Virus record (IMG/VR): IMGVR_UViG_3300032315_000633
Span: 3,677-67,676 of that record
Reading direction: 5' to 3' (one strand)
DNA: 64,000 nucleotides
From: a virus
Under the pieces are notes generated by a model. It worked only from the letters and a program-made list of their open reading frames with translations, made no database searches and was not told the DNA's origin. The translations under genes and the position numbers were made by a program. This document shows positions 17,501-24,860 of this stretch, in pieces; position 1 is the stretch's first letter; every line of letters begins with the position of its first letter.

Positions 17501-19877
17501 AGAGGGTATGGCCAAGGAAGAACCTTCCGCCCGTGAAAAGATACCTTCGCTTTCCGAAAGGCTGACCAACGCCATTGCCCTCCAGATCCAGGAGATCGTG
17601 GCCAAGGAGAGCGAGAAGAAACTCAATCGTCTTATCCAGTCCTACGCCGACAAAAAGCTTGAGCCTTCGTTGCGTAGGTTTGCGAACCGAATTGTCCAGT
17701 ACCAAGCCCTTGGCCTTTTCAACAATGCCTACGCCTGGAACGAGTTCCAGAAACAAGAAGGGTTGGACAAGCTAAAGCCAGAGGTTGTCGAGAAGATTGC
17801 CAACATTATGGGCGAAGCCCAGAACCTCGTGGGTTACCGCAAGGACGAAAAGATTGGCGATGCCCTTTCGCTGATTGCCTTTGAAACCCAGATCGACGCC
17901 TACAACTTTGCGAAATCCTGGTGGTACTTTTCAATCCTTTCGGGTATCGGAACCCAGTTTGCAAACTTCTTGGGCAACGCCACCAACACGGCACTCTTGG
18001 CCATCCCGACGATTTCGAAGCACCTCATCAAGGGTTACGCCACGGATCGCACAAGAAGCAAGGCCATCGTTGGATCTATGCTTCGGGCACTTTCACTTTC
18101 CTTTATGGACGCTGGCAATGTCCTAATGACTGGCCGTGTCGGAACTAGGAAAACCGAGCCTAAGTTCTTTGGCAAGGCGGCAACGGATTTCTTCGAAGTA
18201 GTGGCAAGAAACGCAACACAGGACAATGTGAAGCAAAAGGTTGGGAAGATATCTGCCACAGTTGCCTCCCTTCTGCGGAGGACAATGACCGCAGTCGATA
18301 TGGTTTTCTACAACTTTAACAAGGAAGTCTATTTGTTCGAGGCGGCCTACCAGAAGGCGGAGCAAGCTGGCCTCAAGGGAGAGGCGGCCACAGCCAAAGC
18401 CTTGGAGTACACTTTCAGAAATTCCGAACACTTGGTTGCGGCTCAGTCCCAAGCCGAGGCGCAAGGGTATGTTGTCGACTCTGACAACTCGGCCACAAGA
18501 TTCCTCCAACAAGCCGAGCAGGCCATCCGTGTGCAGGAGATCATCGACGAAAAGGCACAAGCGGAAAACCCGGAGGTTGCCGCCACCGGGCAGATTTACG
18601 GAACCGAGCTCACCTACAACGAGGAACCTCGTGGAGTTCTCGGAGCCTTCCATCGGATGATCGGGTCGTTTGCCAAGGAGCATCCCCTCAAATCGGCCAT
18701 CTTTGTGCCGTTCACCAGGATCGTTGCCAATGTCTGGAACCAGAGCATCGACTTCACGGGTTGGGGAGTGATGCGTGCCCGTGGTCTCCCGAAGGTTCTT
18801 GGGAAGAACTTGGCCGGGAAGTTTGCAATGGAGTACCAGGGAACTGCGGAAGAGCAGAAGATCCAGAGGGATCTGGCGTATGTCCGAGGAATCACGGGTC
18901 TGAGCACGGTGTTTATGCTCGGCTTGCTCGACCAGATCCTTTGCGGGAACTACGAAAAGTACGGGATTGAGCTTTGTGTCAACGGGCAGGGTCCGAAAGA
19001 AGCCGCCCAGAAAGAGCTGCTCAAGAATCGTTTGGGTTGGAAACCCAACTCAATCTATCTCCGTATGGCTCATGTGCCGGTATTGAAGGACGGGGTTTAC
19101 GCCAGCTATATGTTTTCGCCTCTGGCTATGGGCTTGTCGGCTGTCGGATTGTTCAACGACAACGAGACTTACGACTACTTCAATGAAAAGGAACCTGCGG
19201 ATGTGGCCTTGGCAATGGCTCACCGAGTTGCCACGATTATGTTTGATATGAACTTCCTCTCTGGGGCCAGCGACTTGTTTGAGATGTTGAACCCCAGCGA
19301 ACCAGAACGGGCTTTATCCAAAGCCAAGTCATTCCTATCGAGACTTGGGTCGGCGATGGTTGTGCCAAACTTTGTTCGGGATCTCGATCAGCTTCTGATT
19401 TCCCCGACGCTGGGCTATGGCCGTACTGCCAGGGAAGGTCCGATCCAAGGTGCTTTTGTTGCCAACACTCCGATTGTTAGGCAGATCTACGGCCAGACGG
19501 AATTGGATATGCTTGGACAGCCAGTGCAGATGCAGTTTCGACCCATCAGTTTCGCAAAGAAGGACGCCTTGCTTCAGGTTCTAGTCCAGAAGAACGCATT
19601 ACCAACGGCTCCCAAGAAGGATCGTTTGTTAGGGGTGGTCAAGATGACCGACGAACAATACGCCGACTTCCGCAAAGCTAGGGCGGAACAACTGGGTGAA
19701 GACCTAGGACGTGAGGGAACTATCGAGAGGCTTGAAGTTATGACCCCAGAGATGGCTCAACTTTATGTTGGCAAGCTTGCCCAGAAAGCGAATGCCATCG
19801 GGAAGGCCAAGATCATCCGAGACAACCAGGAACTATTGCAAGAGGTTAGGCAAGAGAAGACCAAAGGTCTCCGATAA
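8583..19877 (+). CDS. giant polyvalent internal virion protein (3764 aa) with sigma-like, peptidase-like, kinase-like and ART-like modules
   Basis: EEGLQE N-terminal motif; EEIAH; VVK...E...D..DN...IDNGG kinase motifs; FKMWFGDW...EPLVMYHGT...YIKATNPFD...GFDGV ART motifs; helical ejection-type C-terminus. Confidence 0.8.
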   Translation: MAQTIFTPGGDALQVSQPSPQTDNPFEDLIPAGAPLADDIGLGEISLEMTDKEKAITNPFLDIPKANLKNPLETAQEAYRIGQESVGIDFDAYSLQRRNLLTGQAPTQAELDALDEKERRLSVESYRNQGDNIATGTAYKAIEMLPPMVSGTEEGLRTGVQYGTTMALAAGTATLPLGPEVAAPAAAAFGKVGLAAGSLKGSYDYWNKQGTGASYRELLRNNVDPNFAAQVSQVVGPAYAAIEYAQVNKILSVAGGRQVKSALLRGAMKGIAKFMPQVAKRGVAATGKAVTAFGKTATGKATEFVLAESAEEGLQEAITATGTVIGKAEAEALKEGATAEALDVIGQLDLGDAGEVLGRGLTAFRESIGPLAVLGGSAKLTGAAARKTGKVIENIASGELGELSDMRAKVAAAGAPKTADALAGIDLTAPTLKAEDTVGLEEDLEAAGVPITTVAPAPTPVAETPKPFAGLPGDELGAKIFSSIRARKPIAKADIDKVGGFMLSSSWKLNEETGNYEYQGPTDETKETPQIPIAEAEATAAKKPEAKAAEAEAVAPVEAVKPKPAEKGVAPVVPPLEQPETRPNILARNWLAEVDRAKNKREQQDLISIFRGKIDSLSEDERQASKIFDSELIKRAEAPKVEATQPAAPVAPERKIESSETTPDVQYVRNPNATRHRTDPLNKNQPVMVRVLGLQEKRALAAYEKYLNKQPLSGVDVQALVSWAEKEGIQIPFTQDPSTADQTSSDPSWILDPETDTWSNKTEKQTNKKLIIYTPDFSKPGDKTADTGARRYDLLPENAQAPQEGDTTFGKLGLQAEAPKAEAAPPLPKWEDILKNQNQIKFLKKVFKDANARLPKEQQLVPKNGWKKQDFFKALETIYGQLTQLEFAKPELKAPAPGTIAPQAVDKTAQQRQRRLASLMKVFSNPKLNGDQTYFRDTALEMARRISKQVAGSFPNLASADTEIYTRLVERIAGRLLSSVNLGRPILFNEKGQPTDLTEEAISKFLTFSARRAGQDAINVQAARREVAAQFGTAPAEGTVTQPEAAREEAKPAGMQIAEAPAAPVVESKAVTALREAAKLIRDQSGPEVKLVIDWIVDTMIGADTELGRLTTYKDLADYLSKVANRKVSDKRVGEFVNKVVEQIAQNLRDENIQVDVQALEMLLTPEGRAARERKATEEAQRRQDREVRQAIANLADRARNLKVGYGARQALVDAIGVANTLTRARITSEIIVPLEEGLIGENEVAQRLDNIQKGIENAKPRVRQAVPRRGRGAAQQVEEGPVRGRTGEGVEGERRGARAGGVVEGQPEPTDGGIAPVGARTGEAGREVGEKQPEAPSPVSVDPGLRSKNAPSAVKTLVNTATSSGFPASYIIDLNTRSAVSVSIEDADSDAENPVIRVNPRLLQQIERTLGKKAYSQYAFLAIAEEIAHFKYLKMLKREANELGINYRQHLKNETKRVAKIIKGRRGLKQKLEKLYNDGKPFTGKDGETKMVLEFMRMLTQEKMTGAITESTYLDVASILRSMEPQDRRFVFRFLDAIRQFLYGLSGRTAAETKFLRTTADSIAQMAQRATRDLAKPNETLPVSMNYFPTKTDSLTETQPVKGELQKAREELRKDTGLNRANLKFLQDYAKELGIKVPTTKRKVVVFNEKTRKHEEKEFKVPFWKKADYVQAIKAKLESLKKEPKRPSDEDLIGAAVPTDRPYWMTKEGKVIDVEETALVDLMSIGSHAEAAVEWLRENEPKATFLTEWSLLDPLDRKERQQMPVMEMFKRGWLRVVGDGFNLYFEGSPNQTQLDKLFESAINDEVKLIQDLSSLSGRARSKTLYEPPLEDEIGAAMPRHGFSTTEPKVSLDWVSLPDSLEGLEQIDVLPGTFDVRVYMDETGLKYVVKRGQTQEQFENEIAAENVYRILNYPVPKSKLITLPNGETAKLSEFIYGPTLAEFVRQQSGTNPEVVQKLYEEIGDGLLIDAFLFNYDVLGEGLDNIIVGHDELFDQDVFISGSPSVVKYTAYRIDNGGTLDTRATGLRREEPFFYDSFTKLQEKYPMFNLKASDVLAQISDLVLNSDQILNSIPERLRPMMAQRLQWMADQLSATDTMPPSIGYTDEEIVNHFTKLSQEMAAVEVTRNAEGQLINKRTGLPSTIQLLNQRGEVIRTEPKSEFRYRLERTPSFKMWFGDWENFPEGKGTSKILDASGEPLVMYHGTSWDKRQLSYTFVQDRLREDINNRFYPMRSFSTGNAFRGLWVASSRQFAEDWANESTFEEYNEQVVVPLYIKATNPFDPRNPEHIAKLIGYAREKKGEFTLNPYRQLALESGFFDWTVFEGVPAGSATPATGAEFDGLSETERKRRFYSLFPYTTLEAIINLGFDGVWVKEKELGSSGMLERRPKDRIESIIAARQLNDAAAEQLETERLKQDLDEYDKGSSWNLLLWRPDGAKSAVNSGRFKTQQQINNFKPTSNAAARAGMVKRNGKTLWNEYVKDGVTYVSYEDPEKLVSYAHMTTNELSKKNIAKDVVSDGVVYVGERIVPGPKSYSRREPADLLGAAMPRRFGVRLKDKVSEEAYAKLKNLNYEPIPDAMTEAEADNYLAKNGLRGSMDAALSDASPLQHGSRELLAQKIILGMNELYAKDKDPRILDDLLMFIDRFLEQSSGIGRALRALSFWSNLTPEGMLMLYKKKSDETNREVRDKFNVFFNKVKSELSVLPEGTIDEVLKKMSGVLAKAETAAEESRKRIAESNAMGFWEAFSNQMGESIADKASQQLTEAEAEAAQAAGVPLEEMTAEQRKAVKKLENAKSINQAAQEMSREIKRMFMALAEEQGRRIRDPRINTNEEFANMTVDEQEKLLKEEREAKQRKNFTAMLSRWPKALQAWEKASDAIRARTATNPELAEMFNGFLGLVLESPFTMPQLKRFISLRGVKLEDLIRQHYEEGKLANNAYSLAREIVQEAGLGAWEEETGADVADELGLAKYKREEGMAKEEPSAREKIPSLSERLTNAIALQIQEIVAKESEKKLNRLIQSYADKKLEPSLRRFANRIVQYQALGLFNNAYAWNEFQKQEGLDKLKPEVVEKIANIMGEAQNLVGYRKDEKIGDALSLIAFETQIDAYNFAKSWWYFSILSGIGTQFANFLGNATNTALLAIPTISKHLIKGYATDRTRSKAIVGSMLRALSLSFMDAGNVLMTGRVGTRKTEPKFFGKAATDFFEVVARNATQDNVKQKVGKISATVASLLRRTMTAVDMVFYNFNKEVYLFEAAYQKAEQAGLKGEAATAKALEYTFRNSEHLVAAQSQAEAQGYVVDSDNSATRFLQQAEQAIRVQEIIDEKAQAENPEVAATGQIYGTELTYNEEPRGVLGAFHRMIGSFAKEHPLKSAIFVPFTRIVANVWNQSIDFTGWGVMRARGLPKVLGKNLAGKFAMEYQGTAEEQKIQRDLAYVRGITGLSTVFMLGLLDQILCGNYEKYGIELCVNGQGPKEAAQKELLKNRLGWKPNSIYLRMAHVPVLKDGVYASYMFSPLAMGLSAVGLFNDNETYDYFNEKEPADVALAMAHRVATIMFDMNFLSGASDLFEMLNPSEPERALSKAKSFLSRLGSAMVVPNFVRDLDQLLISPTLGYGRTAREGPIQGAFVANTPIVRQIYGQTELDMLGQPVQMQFRPISFAKKDALLQVLVQKNALPTAPKKDRLLGVVKMTDEQYADFRKARAEQLGEDLGREGTIERLEVMTPEMAQLYVGKLAQKANAIGKAKIIRDNQELLQEVRQEKTKGLR

Positions 19878-20033
19878 CCATCGGAAGGCTCCGATCATCC
19901 AAGCCATCAAAGTTGTGAGGATCACGCAGAATCCGAGAAAGAGAAAAGGTGTGAGAAGCAAATACACAAACTCGCCTTTCTTTTCCCATATCGGGGTCAT
20001 ATCTATCTTGGGTTGCACTTCATTCTTTTTCAC
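19833..20033 (-). CDS. small membrane protein
   Basis: Single hydrophobic segment; AGGAGG upstream of the start. Confidence 0.45.
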   Translation of the reverse strand: MKKNEVQPKIDMTPIWEKKGEFVYLLLTPFLFLGFCVILTTLMAWMIGAFRWLSETFGLLLPNLLQ

Positions 20034-20050
20034 TTAACCTCCTTATAAGT

Positions 20051-20353
20051 ATGCCACTCAGCCGAGTCAACAAAGACAAGATGCCTTGCAACTCACCACG
20101 CCGAAGCACTCGCCCCGGCAAAAAGATGATGGTCAAGGCTTGCGAGAATGGCAAAGAAAAAATCGTTCATTTCGGAGCCAAGGGTTACGGACATAACTAC
20201 TCGGCCGCCGCCAGAAAATCATTCAAGGCTCGCCACAACTGCTCCAATCCTGGGAGCAAGCTGGGAGCCAGATACTGGGCTTGCAAGAAGCTTTGGGCTG
20301 GGCCGGGTGGCTCAACTCTCTCAAGCCCCAAGAGCCGAAAGGGTAAATACTAA
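20051..20353 (+). CDS. small basic phage protein (ARHNC...ARYWAC family)
   Basis: K/R-rich; VHFG..GY...ARKSFKARHNC...ARYWACKKLW motif. Confidence 0.7.
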   Translation: MPLSRVNKDKMPCNSPRRSTRPGKKMMVKACENGKEKIVHFGAKGYGHNYSAAARKSFKARHNCSNPGSKLGARYWACKKLWAGPGGSTLSSPKSRKGKY

Positions 20354-20823
20354 TGGGCTTGGGCTCCGAAAATCCCGGACTCTCCAAGTTGGAGAGTCTC
20401 TTTAGCCGTGGAGCCTTGAAGGGCAAGACGGGAATGGTTGTGGAGAAAGCCATCGACAATGGCATTGATCCCAAGCTTTTTGCGGCGATCATTGCCCACG
20501 AGACTGGCTCTGGGACGAGCAACGCTATCATCAATTACAATAACCCGGCTGGGATTATGGATCCCAAAACCAAGTGGACAAAGCTCAAGCGGTTCGGGTC
20601 ATTGTCCGAAGGTCTGGATTACTCCGCCAAGAATCTGAAGCGCAGGCTTGACCAGACTGGTGGGGATATCGGGAAGCTCGCCTCAATCTATGCACCCATT
20701 GGGGCAGAGAACGATCCAAGAAATCTCAACGCCAACTGGCAATCAGGGGTCAACAAATTTTACAATTTGCTTGCAGCCAACGAAATTTCTGAGGGTGACG
20801 CTGGGCTAGCCAGTAATAAATAA
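20353..20823 (+). CDS. glucosaminidase / lysozyme-like peptidoglycan hydrolase
   Basis: GIDP.LFAAIIAHETGSG...NNPAGIM...YAP...W motifs. Confidence 0.75.
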   Translation: MGLGSENPGLSKLESLFSRGALKGKTGMVVEKAIDNGIDPKLFAAIIAHETGSGTSNAIINYNNPAGIMDPKTKWTKLKRFGSLSEGLDYSAKNLKRRLDQTGGDIGKLASIYAPIGAENDPRNLNANWQSGVNKFYNLLAANEISEGDAGLASNK

Positions 20824-20883
20824 TCAAGACTGTCAGCCGAAAAATAATCCACGGCGACAACAGCAACAACTTAAAAGCCAGCT

Positions 20884-21108
20884 TTAATCTGTCCATTCCA
20901 AGGATAGATCCATCCCGTGGTCTTCCCCTGGCGTGGCTATGATCTGGAATCCCTTGTGCTTCATACACCCATCGGACAATTCAGCCAAGGCTTTACGGGA
21001 GACTGGGAGTAAACCATCGTTGTCGATGACGGCAGCCGCAAGAAAGATCCGCAAAAGTTTTTGCGAAGTCGAACTATTGCCGTCTATCCAGTAGCTGTCC
21101 TCGGGCAT
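20884..21108 (-). CDS. hypothetical protein
   Basis: ORF fills the intergenic gap. Confidence 0.4.
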   Translation of the reverse strand: MPEDSYWIDGNSSTSQKLLRIFLAAAVIDNDGLLPVSRKALAELSDGCMKHKGFQIIATPGEDHGMDLSLEWTD

Positions 21109-21151
21109 AACCCCAGCTTGAAAGGTTGGAGGGTTGTGTCAAGATAGGTGT

Positions 21152-21490
21152 ATGCGACTCAAAGACACATCGGTTGTTCCCCCTATTGGCTTCACCTACC
21201 AAGACCACGACACCAAGGCGGTCATTACGGGAGGTGACTTTACAGACTTACTCCGTAACGTGACGCGTCATAGGGCGGCCAACAACCTGGCAATTAACGA
21301 GAACCAGGAGCAGATGATCCACGACCAGATGTGCGACAAGCTTGGGCCAGATCATTGTGCTGGATATGGACTGGGCGATGCGGTTCACACTCTCGCCCAG
21401 CCCATCGCCAGAGCCATTGATCTGGTAGCTGGAACCAATATCAGAGGATGCGGGTCATGCGCGAAAAGAAGGGCAATGCTGAATTCCTAA
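21152..21490 (+). CDS. hypothetical Cys-containing phage protein
   Basis: GLGDAVH...GCGSCAKRRAMLN C-terminal motif. Confidence 0.6.
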   Translation: MRLKDTSVVPPIGFTYQDHDTKAVITGGDFTDLLRNVTRHRAANNLAINENQEQMIHDQMCDKLGPDHCAGYGLGDAVHTLAQPIARAIDLVAGTNIRGCGSCAKRRAMLNS

Positions 21491-21600
21491 TCCCGCCAGA
21501 CAGTCCCTTGTGGGACGGCTTGTCGGATCATTCAGATTTGCGTCGGCTTCCCGATATGATCTGCGATATCTTACTATTGGCTCGTGCCGCCACGATGGAC

Positions 21601-21906
21601 TTAATAAGTCTCAAGGATCTCGAGCGACATCTCGACAGGTTCGAAGACTGGCTCGACAAAGCTCAACCCTAGTCCCACCCCCATCGGGTTGTTGACCCCG
21701 ATCATATTGACGGTCGACCCATAGGGTCCCAACTCGTTGGATATTGAGTTGACCCATAGGGGATTGGCCGTCAGCTGTGGGGCTCCATAGCCTCTGGGAA
21801 TCCAAGCTTCATAACCACGTGGGATCCACAAGGATCTGGTCATCATAAGCTGGGCTTGTCCAAGGGTTGTGGTCAGCATCAACAAGATCGCAACTATAAG
21901 TCCCAT
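21601..21906 (-). CDS. putative secreted small protein
   Basis: Signal-peptide-like MGLIVAILLMLTTTLGQA; WIPRGY duplicated; GGAGG upstream. Confidence 0.5.
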   Translation of the reverse strand: MGLIVAILLMLTTTLGQAQLMMTRSLWIPRGYEAWIPRGYGAPQLTANPLWVNSISNELGPYGSTVNMIGVNNPMGVGLGLSFVEPVFEPVEMSLEILETY

Positions 21907-22121
21907 AAGTCCTCCATATTGAGAGGCGGGTAGCACTCCTTGACTGGGTAGTCCTTGTCCACCTCGTTGCCTAGCCATTCCATACAGACGCCATCCTTCT
22001 CCACGGCACACTCCTCGTGGTTGTGTTCACAAGTATGGGTGGCTGGCTCATCGGCCGCCCAACTCCAATAGCCATAGCGAAGGAGTTTGCTGGATAGATC
22101 AGGCTTCTGAAGGTTGCTCAT
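21894..22121 (-). CDS. hypothetical protein
   Basis: Coupled ORF in the early operon. Confidence 0.5.
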   Translation of the reverse strand: MSNLQKPDLSSKLLRYGYWSWAADEPATHTCEHNHEECAVEKDGVCMEWLGNEVDKDYPVKECYPPLNMEDLWDL

Positions 22122-22491
22122 CGAATAATCCTTTGTGGGTTAATAGGAACAGCTTTAACCAAAGGTTGGCATAGGCTGGGGCTTTGTCTTGCTGGTGAGG
22201 TATCTCTGCAATTTCATCCTTGAAATTTGGATAGGTGACTTTCTCTGCAAGCGTTGCAAGCGTTGCCGCAAGATCTTCCTTGGTCTCAAGGTAGATGCGG
22301 AACTGATAGTCCGACTTCTCATATTCATGTATGACGATTTCCTTGTTGAGTTTGTTTTTGATTTCCTTGGCTAGTCTGTCGATGTCGCCTCGGGTTCTGG
22401 CACGGATCACGAACAGCTTCTGGCCTTCGGGATCATCGTGGTGTTCCTTCTGAACAATCGAATAGAATCCAATCGTGGTTGCAATCCACAT
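22099..22491 (-). CDS. conserved hypothetical phage protein
   Basis: MWI.T..GFYSIVQK...IRAR...DYQFRI...YPNFKD; AGGAGG RBS. Confidence 0.65.
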   Translation of the reverse strand: MWIATTIGFYSIVQKEHHDDPEGQKLFVIRARTRGDIDRLAKEIKNKLNKEIVIHEYEKSDYQFRIYLETKEDLAATLATLAEKVTYPNFKDEIAEIPHQQDKAPAYANLWLKLFLLTHKGLFDEQPSEA

Positions 22492-22492
22492 A

Positions 22493-23965
22493 TCAAACCT
22501 CCTTCTTTGTATAGTTATGTATCCGAGTTCCGATCCACCGCATACACGGCACGGCCATTGAATTGCCAAGTGCCTTGTAGCGTGGACCATCGGGACACTC
22601 GCTTGCTGGCTTCCCCCTCCAGGGGATCAGCGTGTGGTCATCGGGAAAGCCCTGGAGTCTTTCACATTCCATAGGCAATAACCGACGAACCGCCGAACGA
22701 ACTCTCGAATCGAGCACACCTCCAGTGTGGTTGATGTCTGAAGCCGCCGAAGATATGGCTTGGCCAATATCGCTAGTGGCCTGGTTGTAGGCATCAAAGG
22801 CTAGGACTTCACCACCCTCCTGCACCAGTGGGACATTCCCACCGCCAGTCCCATAGCGGGACACGCAACTTGGAGCCACATCCAACGGGCCAGTCACTCG
22901 GCTGTCATTGGGATGGTTCTCATAAAGGACGGCGTGCTTGTCGCCCTTTGTAAGTGTAGGACAAGGATCTCCTTCCTTGCCAACCCCAAGCCCGTTGCCC
23001 TTGCCGTCTTGCCGATCCCCACGCTTACCAGCGTGGCGGGTGGCTTGGTCGTGAATGGGTATTGCAACTGATATACATTTACCCTCATTAACATACTGGT
23101 TACCCACTCCTTTGAAGTCCCTTGCGCATAGAGCTCCGACAACAGAAGAGGCAACCAGATCGGTTGCATCTTTGTAATCTCTAGCCTTTATTGTGGATGC
23201 AGTATTGTCGTTTGAATATTCCCCAAACGCTTGCATCCTGAAAGCTTCGGCGGTTACTAGGTGTTCTCCTCGGCTTGAGGGGACTCCGCCTTCACCACCG
23301 CTTCTAAGGCATCCCGCAACATCGGCGGAAGTGTCTTGCCCCGAACCTCGGCTCGGCGCAAGATCCCTGCGCAGGCCTTCGAACTCAAGTAGAATCTCTG
23401 TGGGATCTCCTTGGTCTCGAGGACATGCGACAACGAACACACGCTTGCGTCGTTGGGCCAAGCCGAAATATTGGGCATCGAGGCACCGCCAAGCGATTGT
23501 CCTTTTGGAGCCATACACACAACCAGCGTCTGTCCACTTGTCCCCTGTCGGTTTGAGTTCACAGCCTTCTCCCGACAACGCTCCCAGAAAGCAACCGAAG
23601 GCGTTGTCTTTGGAACTGAGGACGCCTGGGACATTCTCCCAGACGATCCACTTGGGGTTGAAGTGGTCGCACATTCTGACGAAGGTGAGGGTGAGTCCGC
23701 CTCTTGGGTCGTCGAGTCCCTTTCGGACACCTGCCACGCTGAAGGCTTGGCACGGTGTTCCTCCGCAAATAAGGTCAATTGTGTCGCTGAGTTTCCAGCT
23801 TTCATACTTGGTCATATCTCCTAGGTTGGGAACCATCGGCCACCGATGTTTCAGCACCGAGGCTGGGAATGGTTCGATTTCTGAAAAGGCGATCGGCGTC
23901 CAACCCAGTGACCCCCACGCCACTGAGGCGGCTTCGATGCCAGAGCAAACGGATAGATACTTCAT
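22493..23965 (-). CDS. DNA (cytosine-5) methyltransferase
   Basis: Motifs I (SVCSGIEA), IV (GGTPCQ), VI (ENVPG), VIII (QRRKRVF), IX (ECERLQGFP) and X (YKALGNS). Confidence 0.95.
   Translation of the reverse strand: MKYLSVCSGIEAASVAWGSLGWTPIAFSEIEPFPASVLKHRWPMVPNLGDMTKYESWKLSDTIDLICGGTPCQAFSVAGVRKGLDDPRGGLTLTFVRMCDHFNPKWIVWENVPGVLSSKDNAFGCFLGALSGEGCELKPTGDKWTDAGCVYGSKRTIAWRCLDAQYFGLAQRRKRVFVVACPRDQGDPTEILLEFEGLRRDLAPSRGSGQDTSADVAGCLRSGGEGGVPSSRGEHLVTAEAFRMQAFGEYSNDNTASTIKARDYKDATDLVASSVVGALCARDFKGVGNQYVNEGKCISVAIPIHDQATRHAGKRGDRQDGKGNGLGVGKEGDPCPTLTKGDKHAVLYENHPNDSRVTGPLDVAPSCVSRYGTGGGNVPLVQEGGEVLAFDAYNQATSDIGQAISSAASDINHTGGVLDSRVRSAVRRLLPMECERLQGFPDDHTLIPWRGKPASECPDGPRYKALGNSMAVPCMRWIGTRIHNYTKKEV
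23257..23805 (-). CDS. alternative-frame ORF nested in the MTase gene, M.EcoHK31I beta-subunit-like
   Basis: CSLSHVLE...FYLSSKACAGILRRAEVRGKTLP..L..AL motif on the same strand in a shifted frame. Confidence 0.65.
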   Translation of the reverse strand: MKAGNSATQLTLFAEEHRAKPSAWQVSERDSTTQEADSPSPSSECATTSTPSGSSGRMSQASSVPKTTPSVAFWERCREKAVNSNRQGTSGQTLVVCMAPKGQSLGGASMPNISAWPNDASVCSLSHVLETKEIPQRFYLSSKACAGILRRAEVRGKTLPPMLRDALEAVVKAESPQAEENT

Positions 23966-24687
23966 ACACTAACTTTCGCTTTCTTTGAGTAGCCCGTCCA
24001 GCCTTTCTTCTTCAAGGCTTGCAAGGCTTTCGAAGCCTCACTCCCAGCTGGCTGGGTTCCATGAATCAGCAAGGCAAAGGACTTGTCGGACTGATAAGCG
24101 TGCGTGTCATCGTGATCTATAGGAAGACCCTTGGTATCTGCATCTTCCTCAGAGAAAACAACTTCCGCAGACTTAAGTCCATAGGTGTCGATCATCCAGT
24201 CGTGAATACCGCCACGGCTGGCGTTGAGTTTAAGGTTGCTTGGGATCTCATCTTTACGCCCGACCCACATAAATAAACTCTTGGTGTAGGTATAGAAGAT
24301 GATGTTCTGGTTTTTCTTGGCAACCTCCAACCAAGCGTCGAAGTATCTTTGGCTAAAGAAATCTCCAGACACATGGATGCGTATGATCTTGGCCTTTTTG
24401 GGCAGACTTGCTTGGATCAACTCCACCATTTGCGAGGTGGATTTGTGCTTCAGCAAGTCAAAGTTGTGCCAGCGTTGAGCCCGAACATTCGGGAGTCTTG
24501 CCTCGTCCGATGCGGAGAAACAACGGAACTTGGTTTCAAGCCCGTCTTGAATTGTTCCGCTGGCTCGGCCAGCACGGGACAAACATTCCCTAGCTCCAGG
24601 GCAGGAGTAGCCAGCTGGCAAATTGAATGTGTAGATCCCGTTGCCCAGCTTGGCATTGCCTCGGTTGAGCTTGAGGAGTTCCGTCAT
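23962..24687 (-). CDS. gene product 88-like (radical SAM-related) protein
   Basis: GNAKL...FNLPAG.SCPGA..C...CF...RIHVSGDFF...YTYTK motifs. Confidence 0.75.
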   Translation of the reverse strand: MTELLKLNRGNAKLGNGIYTFNLPAGYSCPGARECLSRAGRASGTIQDGLETKFRCFSASDEARLPNVRAQRWHNFDLLKHKSTSQMVELIQASLPKKAKIIRIHVSGDFFSQRYFDAWLEVAKKNQNIIFYTYTKSLFMWVGRKDEIPSNLKLNASRGGIHDWMIDTYGLKSAEVVFSEEDADTKGLPIDHDDTHAYQSDKSFALLIHGTQPAGSEASKALQALKKKGWTGYSKKAKVSV

Positions 24688-24860
24688 TTGATGGTCTTGC
24701 CTTTGCTCGGAAGCTGGTTGATGTAGTTCATCATCCATCCGACCAAGGCGTGCTCGGCAAGGCTGACAAACTCCTTGCCAACTCTCGTGAACTTGTGATG
24801 CCGTTTGCTGGCGATGTCCAGTGCGGCTCTCTTGAATCTGGCTTTGTTGAGTATGCTCAT
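24684..24860 (-). CDS. histone-fold-like small DNA-binding protein (58 aa)
   Basis: helix - RV loop - long helix - GKTI pattern; GGAGG RBS. Confidence 0.5.
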   Translation of the reverse strand: MSILNKARFKRAALDIASKRHHKFTRVGKEFVSLAEHALVGWMMNYINQLPSKGKTIK

